The notes under the pieces are model-generated. The model was not told the DNA's origin. It saw only the letters and a list, made by a program, of their open reading frames with translations, and ran no database searches. A program made the position numbers and the translations under genes. Source: Burkholderiales bacterium (GTDB taxonomy: Bacteria > Pseudomonadota > Gammaproteobacteria > Burkholderiales > SG8-39). Taken from it: DNA of 64,000 nt. Each line of letters opens with the position of its first letter. Position 1 is the first letter of the stretch. The stretch lies in the NCBI GenBank assembly GCA_046153355.1, contig JBJXEY010000163.1, positions 6,402 to 70,401 on the forward strand, written 5' to 3'. Positions 39,812 to 49,079 of the stretch are shown here, piece by piece.

Positions 39812-40528
39812 ATGTCCGATACCCAACAAGTGCGCGAAAAACTCGCGCTCGCCTGCAAACTCTTGTACATGGAAGGTCTGATCGACCATGGCGGTCTGGT
39901 TGGGGCGCGCGTTCCTGGCACCTCCAACATGGTGCTTAATCCGCGCGAGATGCGTGGCACGCCGGGTCGTCATCCGGGCCTCATGGAAGCCGATGACATG
40001 GTGGTGGTGGATGCCACCGGCAAACGCATTGAAGGCAGCAACAACCCCCCCAGCGAAACGCCGATATTCACCGGGGTATTTGGCGCGCGGCCCGATGTTA
40101 TGGCGGTGTTTCATCTTCACCTGCAATACGCCACATTATTTAGCATCGTCGGCAAACCGCTGCAAGCGGTGGGCGTTACCGGTGCGCGTTTTGGCGAAAC
40201 CGTGCCGGTGCATGCAGACCCAACCTTGATTCAACGCCCCGAGCAAGGCGTTGAAGTCGCCGCGACCCTGGGCCAACGCCCAGCCGTGATCCTGCGCGGC
40301 CATGGTGCGGTGATCGTCGGGGCGAGCATTGAAGAGGCCTTCGTTGCCTCGGTGATGTTCGAAGACAATGCGCTGCGCCAATATCGCGCCTGCCAGATCG
40401 GCACGCCGCAAACCTTACGCGGTGCCGAATTGGCCGAAGCCGAAGCGCAGATCGCTCACCCCAAGGTCACGGCAAAAATGTGGCACTTTTATTTAATGAA
40501 AGCCAAATCAGACGGGATCATTCAATGA
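39812..40528 (+). CDS. Class II aldolase/adducin-family protein
   Basis: Typical length, metal His motif region (VFHLHLQY... LRGHG). Confidence 0.7.
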   Translation: MSDTQQVREKLALACKLLYMEGLIDHGGLVGARVPGTSNMVLNPREMRGTPGRHPGLMEADDMVVVDATGKRIEGSNNPPSETPIFTGVFGARPDVMAVFHLHLQYATLFSIVGKPLQAVGVTGARFGETVPVHADPTLIQRPEQGVEVAATLGQRPAVILRGHGAVIVGASIEEAFVASVMFEDNALRQYRACQIGTPQTLRGAELAEAEAQIAHPKVTAKMWHFYLMKAKSDGIIQ

Positions 40529-41514
40529 AATATAATTCATTTATGAGATGGTGCTCGATAACGAATGGCTGCCTGGCCATTGCCCTGTGCATGCTTACGT
40601 CGCTTGCCCAAGCGCAATCCTGGCCAGCGCGTTCCATCAGGATATTGGTGTCGATTCCCCCCGGCGGCGCGCCCGACATCCTGGCGCGCATTCTGGGCGA
40701 CAAACTCACCCAGACCTTGGGTCAGCCGGTTATCGCGGAGAACCGCCCCGGGTCAAATGGCAATATCGCTGGCGAAATCGTGGCGCGCGCAGCGCCCGAC
40801 GGCTACACCTTGCTTTTATGCGCCGACAGTCAGATTGTCATTAATCCGCATGTCTACGAAAAAATGCCCTTCGACACGATGAACGATCTCACGCACATCG
40901 CCGCGCTCGCCTCGAACGAGTTTTTTCTCGCCGCCAATAACGACCAGCCCTTCAAGAATTTTCAAGAGTTCATCGAGCACGCGAAGAAATCCGCAACGCC
41001 GCTTAACTACGGCTCCGGCGGCAATGGCAGCCAGCATCAATTGACCATGGAGATGTTGAAAACCCGCGTCGGCATCAATCTCACCCACATACCCTACAAA
41101 GGCGCCACACCCGCCATCACCGCAGCACTCGCCGGCGAAGTGCAGGTGTTGTTCTCAGGCTCCAATGCCGGGCCGCAGATTCGCGCCGGTAAATTGCGGG
41201 CCCTCGCAACCGCCGGGAAAAAGCGTATCCCCTCCTTTGCCGATGTCCCCGCGATCACCGAGTTTTATCCCGGCTTCACCAATAGCATCTGGCTGGGCCT
41301 GTGCGGCCCGCGTGGCATGCCCGCGCCGGTATTGCAACGATTGCGCGGCGATATCAATCAGGCGCTTGGCTCGACCGATATCAAAGAAAAATTCAGTCGG
41401 TCGGGCGCTCTGGAACCTTTGATCCTCTCGCCCGAGGAATTCAGCGCCATGATCCGCGCCGACTTGGAAAAATACGGCAAGGTAGTCAAGGCAGCGGGCG
41501 TCAAACTTGACTGA
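40525..41514 (+). CDS. Bug-family (TctC-like) tripartite tricarboxylate transporter substrate-binding protein
   Basis: Signal peptide, WPARSIRILV..PPGG..D...R, NRPG..G, Y.SGGNGS.HQL..E motifs; ATGA overlap with the aldolase stop. Confidence 0.85.
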   Translation: MKYNSFMRWCSITNGCLAIALCMLTSLAQAQSWPARSIRILVSIPPGGAPDILARILGDKLTQTLGQPVIAENRPGSNGNIAGEIVARAAPDGYTLLLCADSQIVINPHVYEKMPFDTMNDLTHIAALASNEFFLAANNDQPFKNFQEFIEHAKKSATPLNYGSGGNGSQHQLTMEMLKTRVGINLTHIPYKGATPAITAALAGEVQVLFSGSNAGPQIRAGKLRALATAGKKRIPSFADVPAITEFYPGFTNSIWLGLCGPRGMPAPVLQRLRGDINQALGSTDIKEKFSRSGALEPLILSPEEFSAMIRADLEKYGKVVKAAGVKLD

Positions 41515-41540
41515 TCGCAGGGCTGATCGAGGACGGGGGT

Positions 41541-42515
41541 ATGGCAATGAGAACTCACTTGCAATTCATCGTGTCTATCGCAATAGGCGGTGTGCTTTCC
41601 GGTGGTGCTGCCGCGCAAACCTGGCCAGCTAAACCGATACGCGTGGTCTCCACCTTTGGATCGGGCAGCCCCGCTGACGCCCTCATGCGCCTGGTGGGGC
41701 AGAAGGTAGCCGAGCCGCTTGGTCAGCCGGTGGTGGTTGAGGTGTTGGCCGGTGCCGGCGGCCTGCTTGGTGCGCAAACCGTGGCGCGCGCCGCGCCCGA
41801 TGGTCACACCCTGCTCTACACCATCTCCACGGCATTGGTGACCACCCCGCACCTCATCAAGAACCGCACCGTCGAAATGAAAGATTTCGCGCCAGTGATC
41901 ACCATGGCCCGCGCATTCACCTGCATGCTGGCTGCGGTCTCTTTCCCACCCAACAGCGTGCGCGAGCTGATGGCCTATGCCAAGACCAATCCGGGCAAGG
42001 TTGCTTATGGCTCCAATGGCATCGGCGGCACCTATCACCTCGAAATGGAAATGATTAAACAGAAACAGGGCGTGGATATCACTCATGTGCCCTACAAAGG
42101 CGGTAACGACGCTCTAATGGCCGCCGCAGCCGGCACCATCCCCATCGCATTTTCGCCCTGCTCCTCGGTGGTACCGCTGGCCCGCGCCGGCAAGGTCAAA
42201 TTCATTGCCGTACTGGAGATGCGCCGCGCATCGGACTACCCCGACGTCGCCGCCATGGGCGAACAACTGCCCGACTACGAAAAGATTTCCGGCGGCGTGG
42301 ATATCTGGGCACCGGTGGGCTCACCGTCGCCCGTAGTGAAGCGTCTGCATGCCGAGATCGACCGCGTACTCGCCCAAGCCGAAGTGCGTACACGCATGAA
42401 AGAAATCGGCTTCCCCTATGATGGCACCGCGCTTGAGGAAATGGCGACTCAGCGGCGCAAGGACTATGAACTTGCCGGGCGTGCGGTGAAGGCTGCCGGG
42501 TTGAAGCCCGAGTAA
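41541..42515 (+). CDS. Bug-family (TctC-like) substrate-binding protein, second paralogue
   Basis: Signal peptide, WPAKPIRVV motif, same architecture as the preceding gene. Confidence 0.85.
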   Translation: MAMRTHLQFIVSIAIGGVLSGGAAAQTWPAKPIRVVSTFGSGSPADALMRLVGQKVAEPLGQPVVVEVLAGAGGLLGAQTVARAAPDGHTLLYTISTALVTTPHLIKNRTVEMKDFAPVITMARAFTCMLAAVSFPPNSVRELMAYAKTNPGKVAYGSNGIGGTYHLEMEMIKQKQGVDITHVPYKGGNDALMAAAAGTIPIAFSPCSSVVPLARAGKVKFIAVLEMRRASDYPDVAAMGEQLPDYEKISGGVDIWAPVGSPSPVVKRLHAEIDRVLAQAEVRTRMKEIGFPYDGTALEEMATQRRKDYELAGRAVKAAGLKPE

Positions 42516-42600
42516 CTGTCAATCAGGTTTTCTAGCCTTCAACTTTCTTGTCTATCGGTTTTCCTTGCACGCGAAACGCTCTCTAAGCGATAATCACCAC

Positions 42601-42744
42601 ATGTTCACCCCAAACCTCTACGACAAAAAGCCATCGGCGATGCGCGCGAGCGCAGGGCTTGTCCGATTTGTCGCGGTCATTTCGTCCGCTGTTCTCACGG
42701 TCGTCGTACTGGTAGTACTGCCCAGTAGACCGGCGGACGCGTGA
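42601..42744 (+). CDS. ilv-type leader peptide (47 codons; 34 aa if started at Met14, 42640)
   Basis: MFTPNLYDKKPSAMRASAGLVRFVAVISSAVLTVVVLVVLPSRPADA. 14 of residues 20-40 are V/L/I. Followed by a terminator and lies just upstream of the ALS gene. Below the ORF-track size cut-off. Confidence 0.6.
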   Translation: MFTPNLYDKKPSAMRASAGLVRFVAVISSAVLTVVVLVVLPSRPADA

Positions 42745-42767
42745 TCGAAACCTAACCAAGATCAAGC

Positions 42768-42802
42768 AAACCCCGCCGGCAAAACCGGCGGGGTTTTTGT
42801 TT
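42768..42802 (+). terminator. Attenuator terminator upstream of ALS
   Basis: 9-bp GC stem ccccgccgg/ccggcgggg (42771-79 / 42785-93), loop caaaa, then tttttgttt; 40 nt before the ALS ATG. Confidence 0.8.
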
Positions 42803-42841
42803 GCCCCTCCGGTTCCCGGTAAAACCCTGGAGACCGCGAGC

Positions 42842-44563
42842 ATGCAAAACACCACAACCGAATACCGAAGCGAAACTGGCGCTGCGATCAGAGAACGTCT
42901 CACCGGCGCGCAGATCGTGGTGCGTCTCTTGGAACGGCAAGGCGTGCGCATGATCGCCGGCATTCCGGGCGGCGCGATCCTGCCGTTTTATGACGCGTTA
43001 TCGGATTCCAATCTCATTTCCCATGTGCTCGCGCGCCACGAGCAAGGCGCGGGGTTCATTGCGCAGGGCTGGGCGCGCGCCACGGGCGAAGCGGCGGTCT
43101 GCGCGGCTTCCTCGGGGCCAGGCGCCACCAATCTGGTTACCGCCATCGCCGATGCCAAGCTCGATTCGATTCCCCTGGTGGCAATTACTGCGCAGGTGCC
43201 GCGCGCCCTGATTGGCACCGATGCGTTTCAGGAAGTGGACACCTGCGCCATCGCCATGCCGGTGACCAAGCAAAGTTTCTTCGTCGATTCCACCGATAAG
43301 TTGTTGCAAATTGTGCCGCTTGCATTTCAAGTGGCCTTGAGCGGTCGACCGGGGCCGGTGCTAATCGATATCCCTAAGGATGTGCTCGCTGAATGTTTCG
43401 ACGTCACGAGTTGGCCCGAGCCAGGGGTACGACAAGCGGTGGCGCCACCCGATGCGGATCAACTGGCGCGTGCCGCCGCCATGCTTGCCGCAGCACAACG
43501 CCCAATTCTTTACCTTGGCGGCGGGATCGTGCATGCAGGGGCTGCTTTGCAGGCGATCGCCTTGGCCGAAAAATTGCACCTGCCTACCACCATGACCTTG
43601 ATGGCTCTGGGCGCCATGCCATCGAATCACCCGCTTTCTCTGGGCATGCTTGGCATGCACGCGGCGCGTTATACCAATCTTGCGTTGGAGGAATGCGATC
43701 TGCTGATCGCGGTAGGCGCGCGCTTCGATGACCGCGCCACCGGCAAGGTGCACGCGTTTTGTCCGCATGCAAACATCATTCATATCGATATAGATCCGGG
43801 CGAGCTAAACAAAATCAAGACGGCAACGCTGGGGATCGTGGCGGATGCGCGTACAACACTGGATGCGCTGTTGCCACTGGTGCAAGCACAACCGCGCCCG
43901 ACTTGGCTTGCTCGCATCGCGCAATTGAAGCGCGAGTTCCCCATGCAATTGCCGGGCGCCGATGATCCGCGCGAGCACTACGGATTAATTCAAACGGTGG
44001 CGCGTTGCCTTCCCGATGAAGCAATTGTTACAACCGATGTGGGGCAGCACCAGATGTGGGTGGCGCAAGCATTTCCGTTGGTACGCCCGCGCCAATGGCT
44101 CACCTCGGGGGGCTTGGGCACCATGGGGTTCGGCTTGCCTGCGGCCATTGGCGCAGCATTGGCTTGCCCCAAACGCACGGTGGTGTGTTTTACCGGCGAC
44201 GGTAGCCTGCTCATGAATCTTCAGGAGCTCGCCACCGCGGCGGAAAACGAAGTCAATATCAAACTCATCGTGATGAACAATCGCTCATTGGGTCTAGTCC
44301 ATCAACAACAGACCCTGTTCTACGGCAAGCGGATATTTGCCTCCAAGTACCTGCGCTCACCGGATTTCGTCGCTCTAGCGCGTGCGTTCGGGCTGCGTGC
44401 CATGGATCTGGATGAAGAAACCGATCCGCAAGCGGCCATCGCCAAGGAACTGGCCATGCCGGGCCCCGCATTGATCCACGCCAGTATCGACGTACGACAA
44501 CATGTCTACCCGATGGTCGCCCCTGGCGCAGCCAACCGCGACATGCTGATTGGCGCGGTGTAG
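42842..44563 (+). CDS. Acetolactate synthase large (catalytic) subunit, biosynthetic type
   Basis: ThDP enzyme: GIPGGAILPFYDAL, HEQGAGFIAQGWARATG, SGPGATN, ThDP motif GDGSLLMNLQEL...NN. ATG 42842 inside the longer ORF. Confidence 0.9.
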   Translation: MQNTTTEYRSETGAAIRERLTGAQIVVRLLERQGVRMIAGIPGGAILPFYDALSDSNLISHVLARHEQGAGFIAQGWARATGEAAVCAASSGPGATNLVTAIADAKLDSIPLVAITAQVPRALIGTDAFQEVDTCAIAMPVTKQSFFVDSTDKLLQIVPLAFQVALSGRPGPVLIDIPKDVLAECFDVTSWPEPGVRQAVAPPDADQLARAAAMLAAAQRPILYLGGGIVHAGAALQAIALAEKLHLPTTMTLMALGAMPSNHPLSLGMLGMHAARYTNLALEECDLLIAVGARFDDRATGKVHAFCPHANIIHIDIDPGELNKIKTATLGIVADARTTLDALLPLVQAQPRPTWLARIAQLKREFPMQLPGADDPREHYGLIQTVARCLPDEAIVTTDVGQHQMWVAQAFPLVRPRQWLTSGGLGTMGFGLPAAIGAALACPKRTVVCFTGDGSLLMNLQELATAAENEVNIKLIVMNNRSLGLVHQQQTLFYGKRIFASKYLRSPDFVALARAFGLRAMDLDEETDPQAAIAKELAMPGPALIHASIDVRQHVYPMVAPGAANRDMLIGAV

Positions 44564-44674
44564 CGTGGAGCACCGACCGGGCTGCGCCACTCGCATGGCA
44601 TTGTCGATTTTCGTTATTTATGTTAGTGTAAATTTAATGTAACGCATGTAATATCCTAGCCTACGTGATATCCC

Positions 44675-45274
44675 GTGGACAAAATGACATCTCGCCCCCT
44701 CGCCTTAACTCTCAACCTCCCCGCAGCTTCAGTTGCGGCTTCGGAGCGCCCCTTGCTCGCCCGAGCCTTGGCATCAATGGTCCCAGACGTGCTGGACGCA
44801 GTACGCGCGCGCCTGGGGGATCAGGCACGGCGCGTGGCGTTGGCATATGCCCCCGAAGTGGAAATCCGCCGGCCCAACTTTAAGATGCTGGAGATGCAAA
44901 AGACCGCCGCGGAGGCGGTGCTGCAAGGTTCGGAATGGATGACCGCTGAAGAAGTTGGACGTCTTGCCAAACGTTCGCCAAGCAACCGTGCCGCGCTTGC
45001 CAACCGCTGGAAACGCGAAGGCAAAGTGTTCGCGGTCAATTGGAAGGGGAAAGACTGGTTTCCCCGTTACGCGTTCGATGGCACCGTGCAACCGCAGCCG
45101 GTGATGGGCATTCTTTTGAAGACTCTGGGCGCTAGCATGGACCCCTGGCGAATCGCCGCCTGGTTCGAATCGAGCAATGGCGCGCTGGGTGGAAGGCGCC
45201 CACGAGAGGTAATGGACAGCCCCGATGCATTGATTGCCGCCGCAAGCCGCAAGGGCGGCTTGCGGCATGGCTGA
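44675..45274 (+). CDS. Xre/MbcA/ParS-type antitoxin with C-terminal DUF2384 toxin-binding domain
   Basis: C-terminal W(F)ESSNGALGGRRPREVMDSPDAL pattern. 8-nt overlap with the RES gene. Start GTG 44675 or ATG 44684. Confidence 0.75.
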   Translation: MDKMTSRPLALTLNLPAASVAASERPLLARALASMVPDVLDAVRARLGDQARRVALAYAPEVEIRRPNFKMLEMQKTAAEAVLQGSEWMTAEEVGRLAKRSPSNRAALANRWKREGKVFAVNWKGKDWFPRYAFDGTVQPQPVMGILLKTLGASMDPWRIAAWFESSNGALGGRRPREVMDSPDALIAAASRKGGLRHG

Positions 45275-45926
45275 ACCGCTCTTCTTAAAGTGGCGAGCAG
45301 GAAAACAACTATTTCGAGTGCACGACACCTGCTACGCCGCGTCGCAGTTCAACGATTCCGGAAAAGGGGACGCGCGCTTTAGCCCCCTACGTAGCGCATC
45401 CGGCAAAATCGTGCCAACACTCTACGCTGGGCAAACGCGCTCCTCGGTGTTGATGGAAACGGTATTTCACGATGTGCCAACACCTGCCTCCGACTACATA
45501 CTCGATATCGACGATCTCAATGGCTTGGTGATGTCTTCTATCGCGCCGCGCCGCACGCTGCGTTTGCTTGCGCTCACCAGTATTGGGCTCAGACGCCTGG
45601 GCGAGGCAAAGACCCGCGTTATCGAAACCCCAAGCAGCGACTATCCGCAAACGCGCGCGCTCGCACTCGCCTGGCATGACGCCTATCGCCACGCCGACGG
45701 CATGCTGTGGATGTCGCGTCAAGACGACCAAGCGCGGGCTTTGGTGCTATTTGGTGATCGCGTTGGCGAAAAAGAGTTCGACATTTTCGAGAACAAGATC
45801 CCGGTAGACGAGAGCCCGCGATTTGAAGAGTTGATCGCCACCGCACAATCCATTGGGATACGGATGGCCTATAGCGGCAAGCAAGGCATGGTCACCATGG
45901 CCGATCTCATGGACGCATCGCCGTAA
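45267..45926 (+). CDS. RES-domain toxin (NAD+ phosphorylase/ADP-ribosyltransferase family)
   Basis: R...E...S signature in spaced blocks (GDARFSP, SVLMETVFHD, MLWMSRQDD); ATG 45267. Confidence 0.8.
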   Translation: MAEPLFLKWRAGKQLFRVHDTCYAASQFNDSGKGDARFSPLRSASGKIVPTLYAGQTRSSVLMETVFHDVPTPASDYILDIDDLNGLVMSSIAPRRTLRLLALTSIGLRRLGEAKTRVIETPSSDYPQTRALALAWHDAYRHADGMLWMSRQDDQARALVLFGDRVGEKEFDIFENKIPVDESPRFEELIATAQSIGIRMAYSGKQGMVTMADLMDASP

Positions 45927-46077
45927 ATCCCCTCCTATATCTCAGCGTATCTCTCGCGAAAATTCACACCGCAATTCGATTTTCCTTTCCCAGTGACTAT
46001 GGTTTCGCCATGGCATGCAAGGTCAAATTGCACTGCCAAATTTTGGTTAAGCCCCATGGTCTTGAGTTAAAATGCGC

Positions 46078-46160
46078 CTCCCTTGAGGAGCGTTGCGACA
46101 ACCTAGGAAATCCACGGTTGCCAGGCTCAAGGTGTCAATCTGAAACCGCGCTCGCTAACC
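46078..46160 (+). promoter_or_regulatory. SAH riboswitch
   Basis: ccuugaGGAGCGuugcgacaacc...gguugcCAGGCUCaagg...aaccGCGCUCgc. P1 46081-87/46126-32, P2 hairpin, pseudoknot GAGCG 46088-92 / CGCUC 46149-53. Directly upstream of ahcY. Confidence 0.85.
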
Positions 46161-46183
46161 TCTAAATCGAAAGGAGGCGCGAG

Positions 46184-47608
<1,425 letters not shown>

Positions 47609-47642
47609 GCACGGAGCTTTGCCGGTGAGCATCCGGCGGCAT

Positions 47643-47684
47643 AAAAAGCGGAGGGCTTCACAGGCCTTCCGCTTTTTTTGTTTT
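47643..47684 (+). terminator. Intrinsic terminator after ahcY
   Basis: gcggagggc-ttcacag-gccttccgc stem followed by tttttttgtttt. Confidence 0.8.
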
Positions 47685-47763
47685 CATTTTTATCGCAGCC
47701 GGAATCGTGGGCGCGTGCGATCATGTGCACGCAACATCGCACCGAATCATCGCGGAGCCTTCG

Positions 47764-48129
47764 ATGAAAAATGAATTTGCGGACTACATCCAGGATTTGC
47801 TCGCAGCGCACGGTCGCATCCTGGTGAAACGCATGTTCGGCGGTCACGGCGTGTACTGCGACGGGTTGTTCATCGCCATATTGAGCGGCGACACGCTTTA
47901 TTTCAAGGCCGACGAAGCAACGCGGCAGGCGTTCGAAACGGCGGATTGCGCCCGCTTCACTTACTCCCGCGCCGGCAAGACCGCCACGTTGGGTTTCTAT
48001 GCGGCGCCCGCCGAAGCGCTGGAGTCACCGGCCCTCATCAAACCCTGGGCAAATCTTGCAATCGAGGCGGCCCTGCGTTCACAAGCGGAAAAAACTCCCG
48101 CGAAGGACAGGCGTCGGTTGACCAAGTAG
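47764..48129 (+). CDS. TfoX/Sxy N-terminal-domain protein
   Basis: VKRMFGGHGVYCDGLFIAILSGDTLYFKAD pattern; only the N-domain is present. Confidence 0.7.
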   Translation: MKNEFADYIQDLLAAHGRILVKRMFGGHGVYCDGLFIAILSGDTLYFKADEATRQAFETADCARFTYSRAGKTATLGFYAAPAEALESPALIKPWANLAIEAALRSQAEKTPAKDRRRLTK

Positions 48130-48202
48130 GGGCCGACCTGCGCTAGGCCTGGGCATTTTTCACCAATCGATCAACATGAATTCGACTTTTCCGCAGGCTT
48201 GA

Positions 48203-49009
48203 ATGTCCACCCAACCGCTGCCCGAAGAAATCACTTCCTACGATCTGCTCAAATCCGCGGCCGTGGTTCTCATGGTGGTCGATCACCTGGGCTACTACTT
48301 TTTCTACGACGACCCGTGGTGGCGCGCGCTGGGCCGCATCGGTTTTCCGGTGTGGTTCTTTCTGGTGGGCTATTCCGCCGCACGCAAAATACCCGCGCGT
48401 CTGACCGTGTCGGCGATTGTTGTGCTGCTCTCAAGCGCCTTGGTCGGCCTAGCCTTGTTGCCGCTGAATGCACTGTTCACCATCATCGCGATCCGCGCGC
48501 TGATCGATCCTCTGATGCGCTTTGCTATGCATAGCCGCGCGCGACTATGGCTCACGAGCGCCGCGTTGGCCGCGATTACCCTGCCCAGTTGCGCGCTCAC
48601 CGAATACGGAACGATGGGCCTCATCACCGCCATGTTCGGCTTTGTCGTGCGCAACCGGAAAAAAACCGGTGACGACGCGCTTGCCTTGCAATTCATGATT
48701 TTTGCCCTGCTGGTCTTTGTGTTCTACCAGCAGTTACTCTACCGTTTCGGTCCGGCCCAATTTATCGTCATGGCGCTGTGCACCGCCGCGATGCACTACA
48801 CGATCCTGCATTTCCAGCCGCGCACCTATCCGCGACTGACGGCGCGTTGTCCGCGCGCCCTAACGGCCGTGTTACAGCTGTGCGGGCGCTGGACGCTGGA
48901 AATCTACGTCGTGCATCTATTTGCCTTCGGCGTTCTGGCCGTGCTCTTGGATATTCCGGGCATGGGCTGGTTTCAGATACGAAGCGGTTTGCCATCCTTT
49001 GGCACGTAA
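48203..49009 (+). CDS. TraX-family-like polytopic membrane protein
   Basis: DLLKSAAVVLMVVDHLG ... RIGFPVWFFLVGYS pattern, about 8 TM helices; assignment from memory of the family signature. Confidence 0.45.
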   Translation: MSTQPLPEEITSYDLLKSAAVVLMVVDHLGYYFFYDDPWWRALGRIGFPVWFFLVGYSAARKIPARLTVSAIVVLLSSALVGLALLPLNALFTIIAIRALIDPLMRFAMHSRARLWLTSAALAAITLPSCALTEYGTMGLITAMFGFVVRNRKKTGDDALALQFMIFALLVFVFYQQLLYRFGPAQFIVMALCTAAMHYTILHFQPRTYPRLTARCPRALTAVLQLCGRWTLEIYVVHLFAFGVLAVLLDIPGMGWFQIRSGLPSFGT

Positions 49010-49079
49010 TTCCACTGACATACCGCCTGGATTCGCCCTTCAGCCCATCCCCTATCGCAAGGCGGGCGCGCAGGCACCA

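Noticed and set aside
41358-42086. 242-aa ORF antisense to the two Bug genes
   Set aside because: It spans the junction of two well supported plus-strand genes and their intergenic spacer, with no RBS and no recognisable domain. It is a GC-rich antisense artefact.
42583-42963. 126-aa minus-strand ORF across the ALS leader region
   Set aside because: It covers the leader peptide, the terminator and the first codons of ALS on the opposite strand. The region is better explained by the attenuator.
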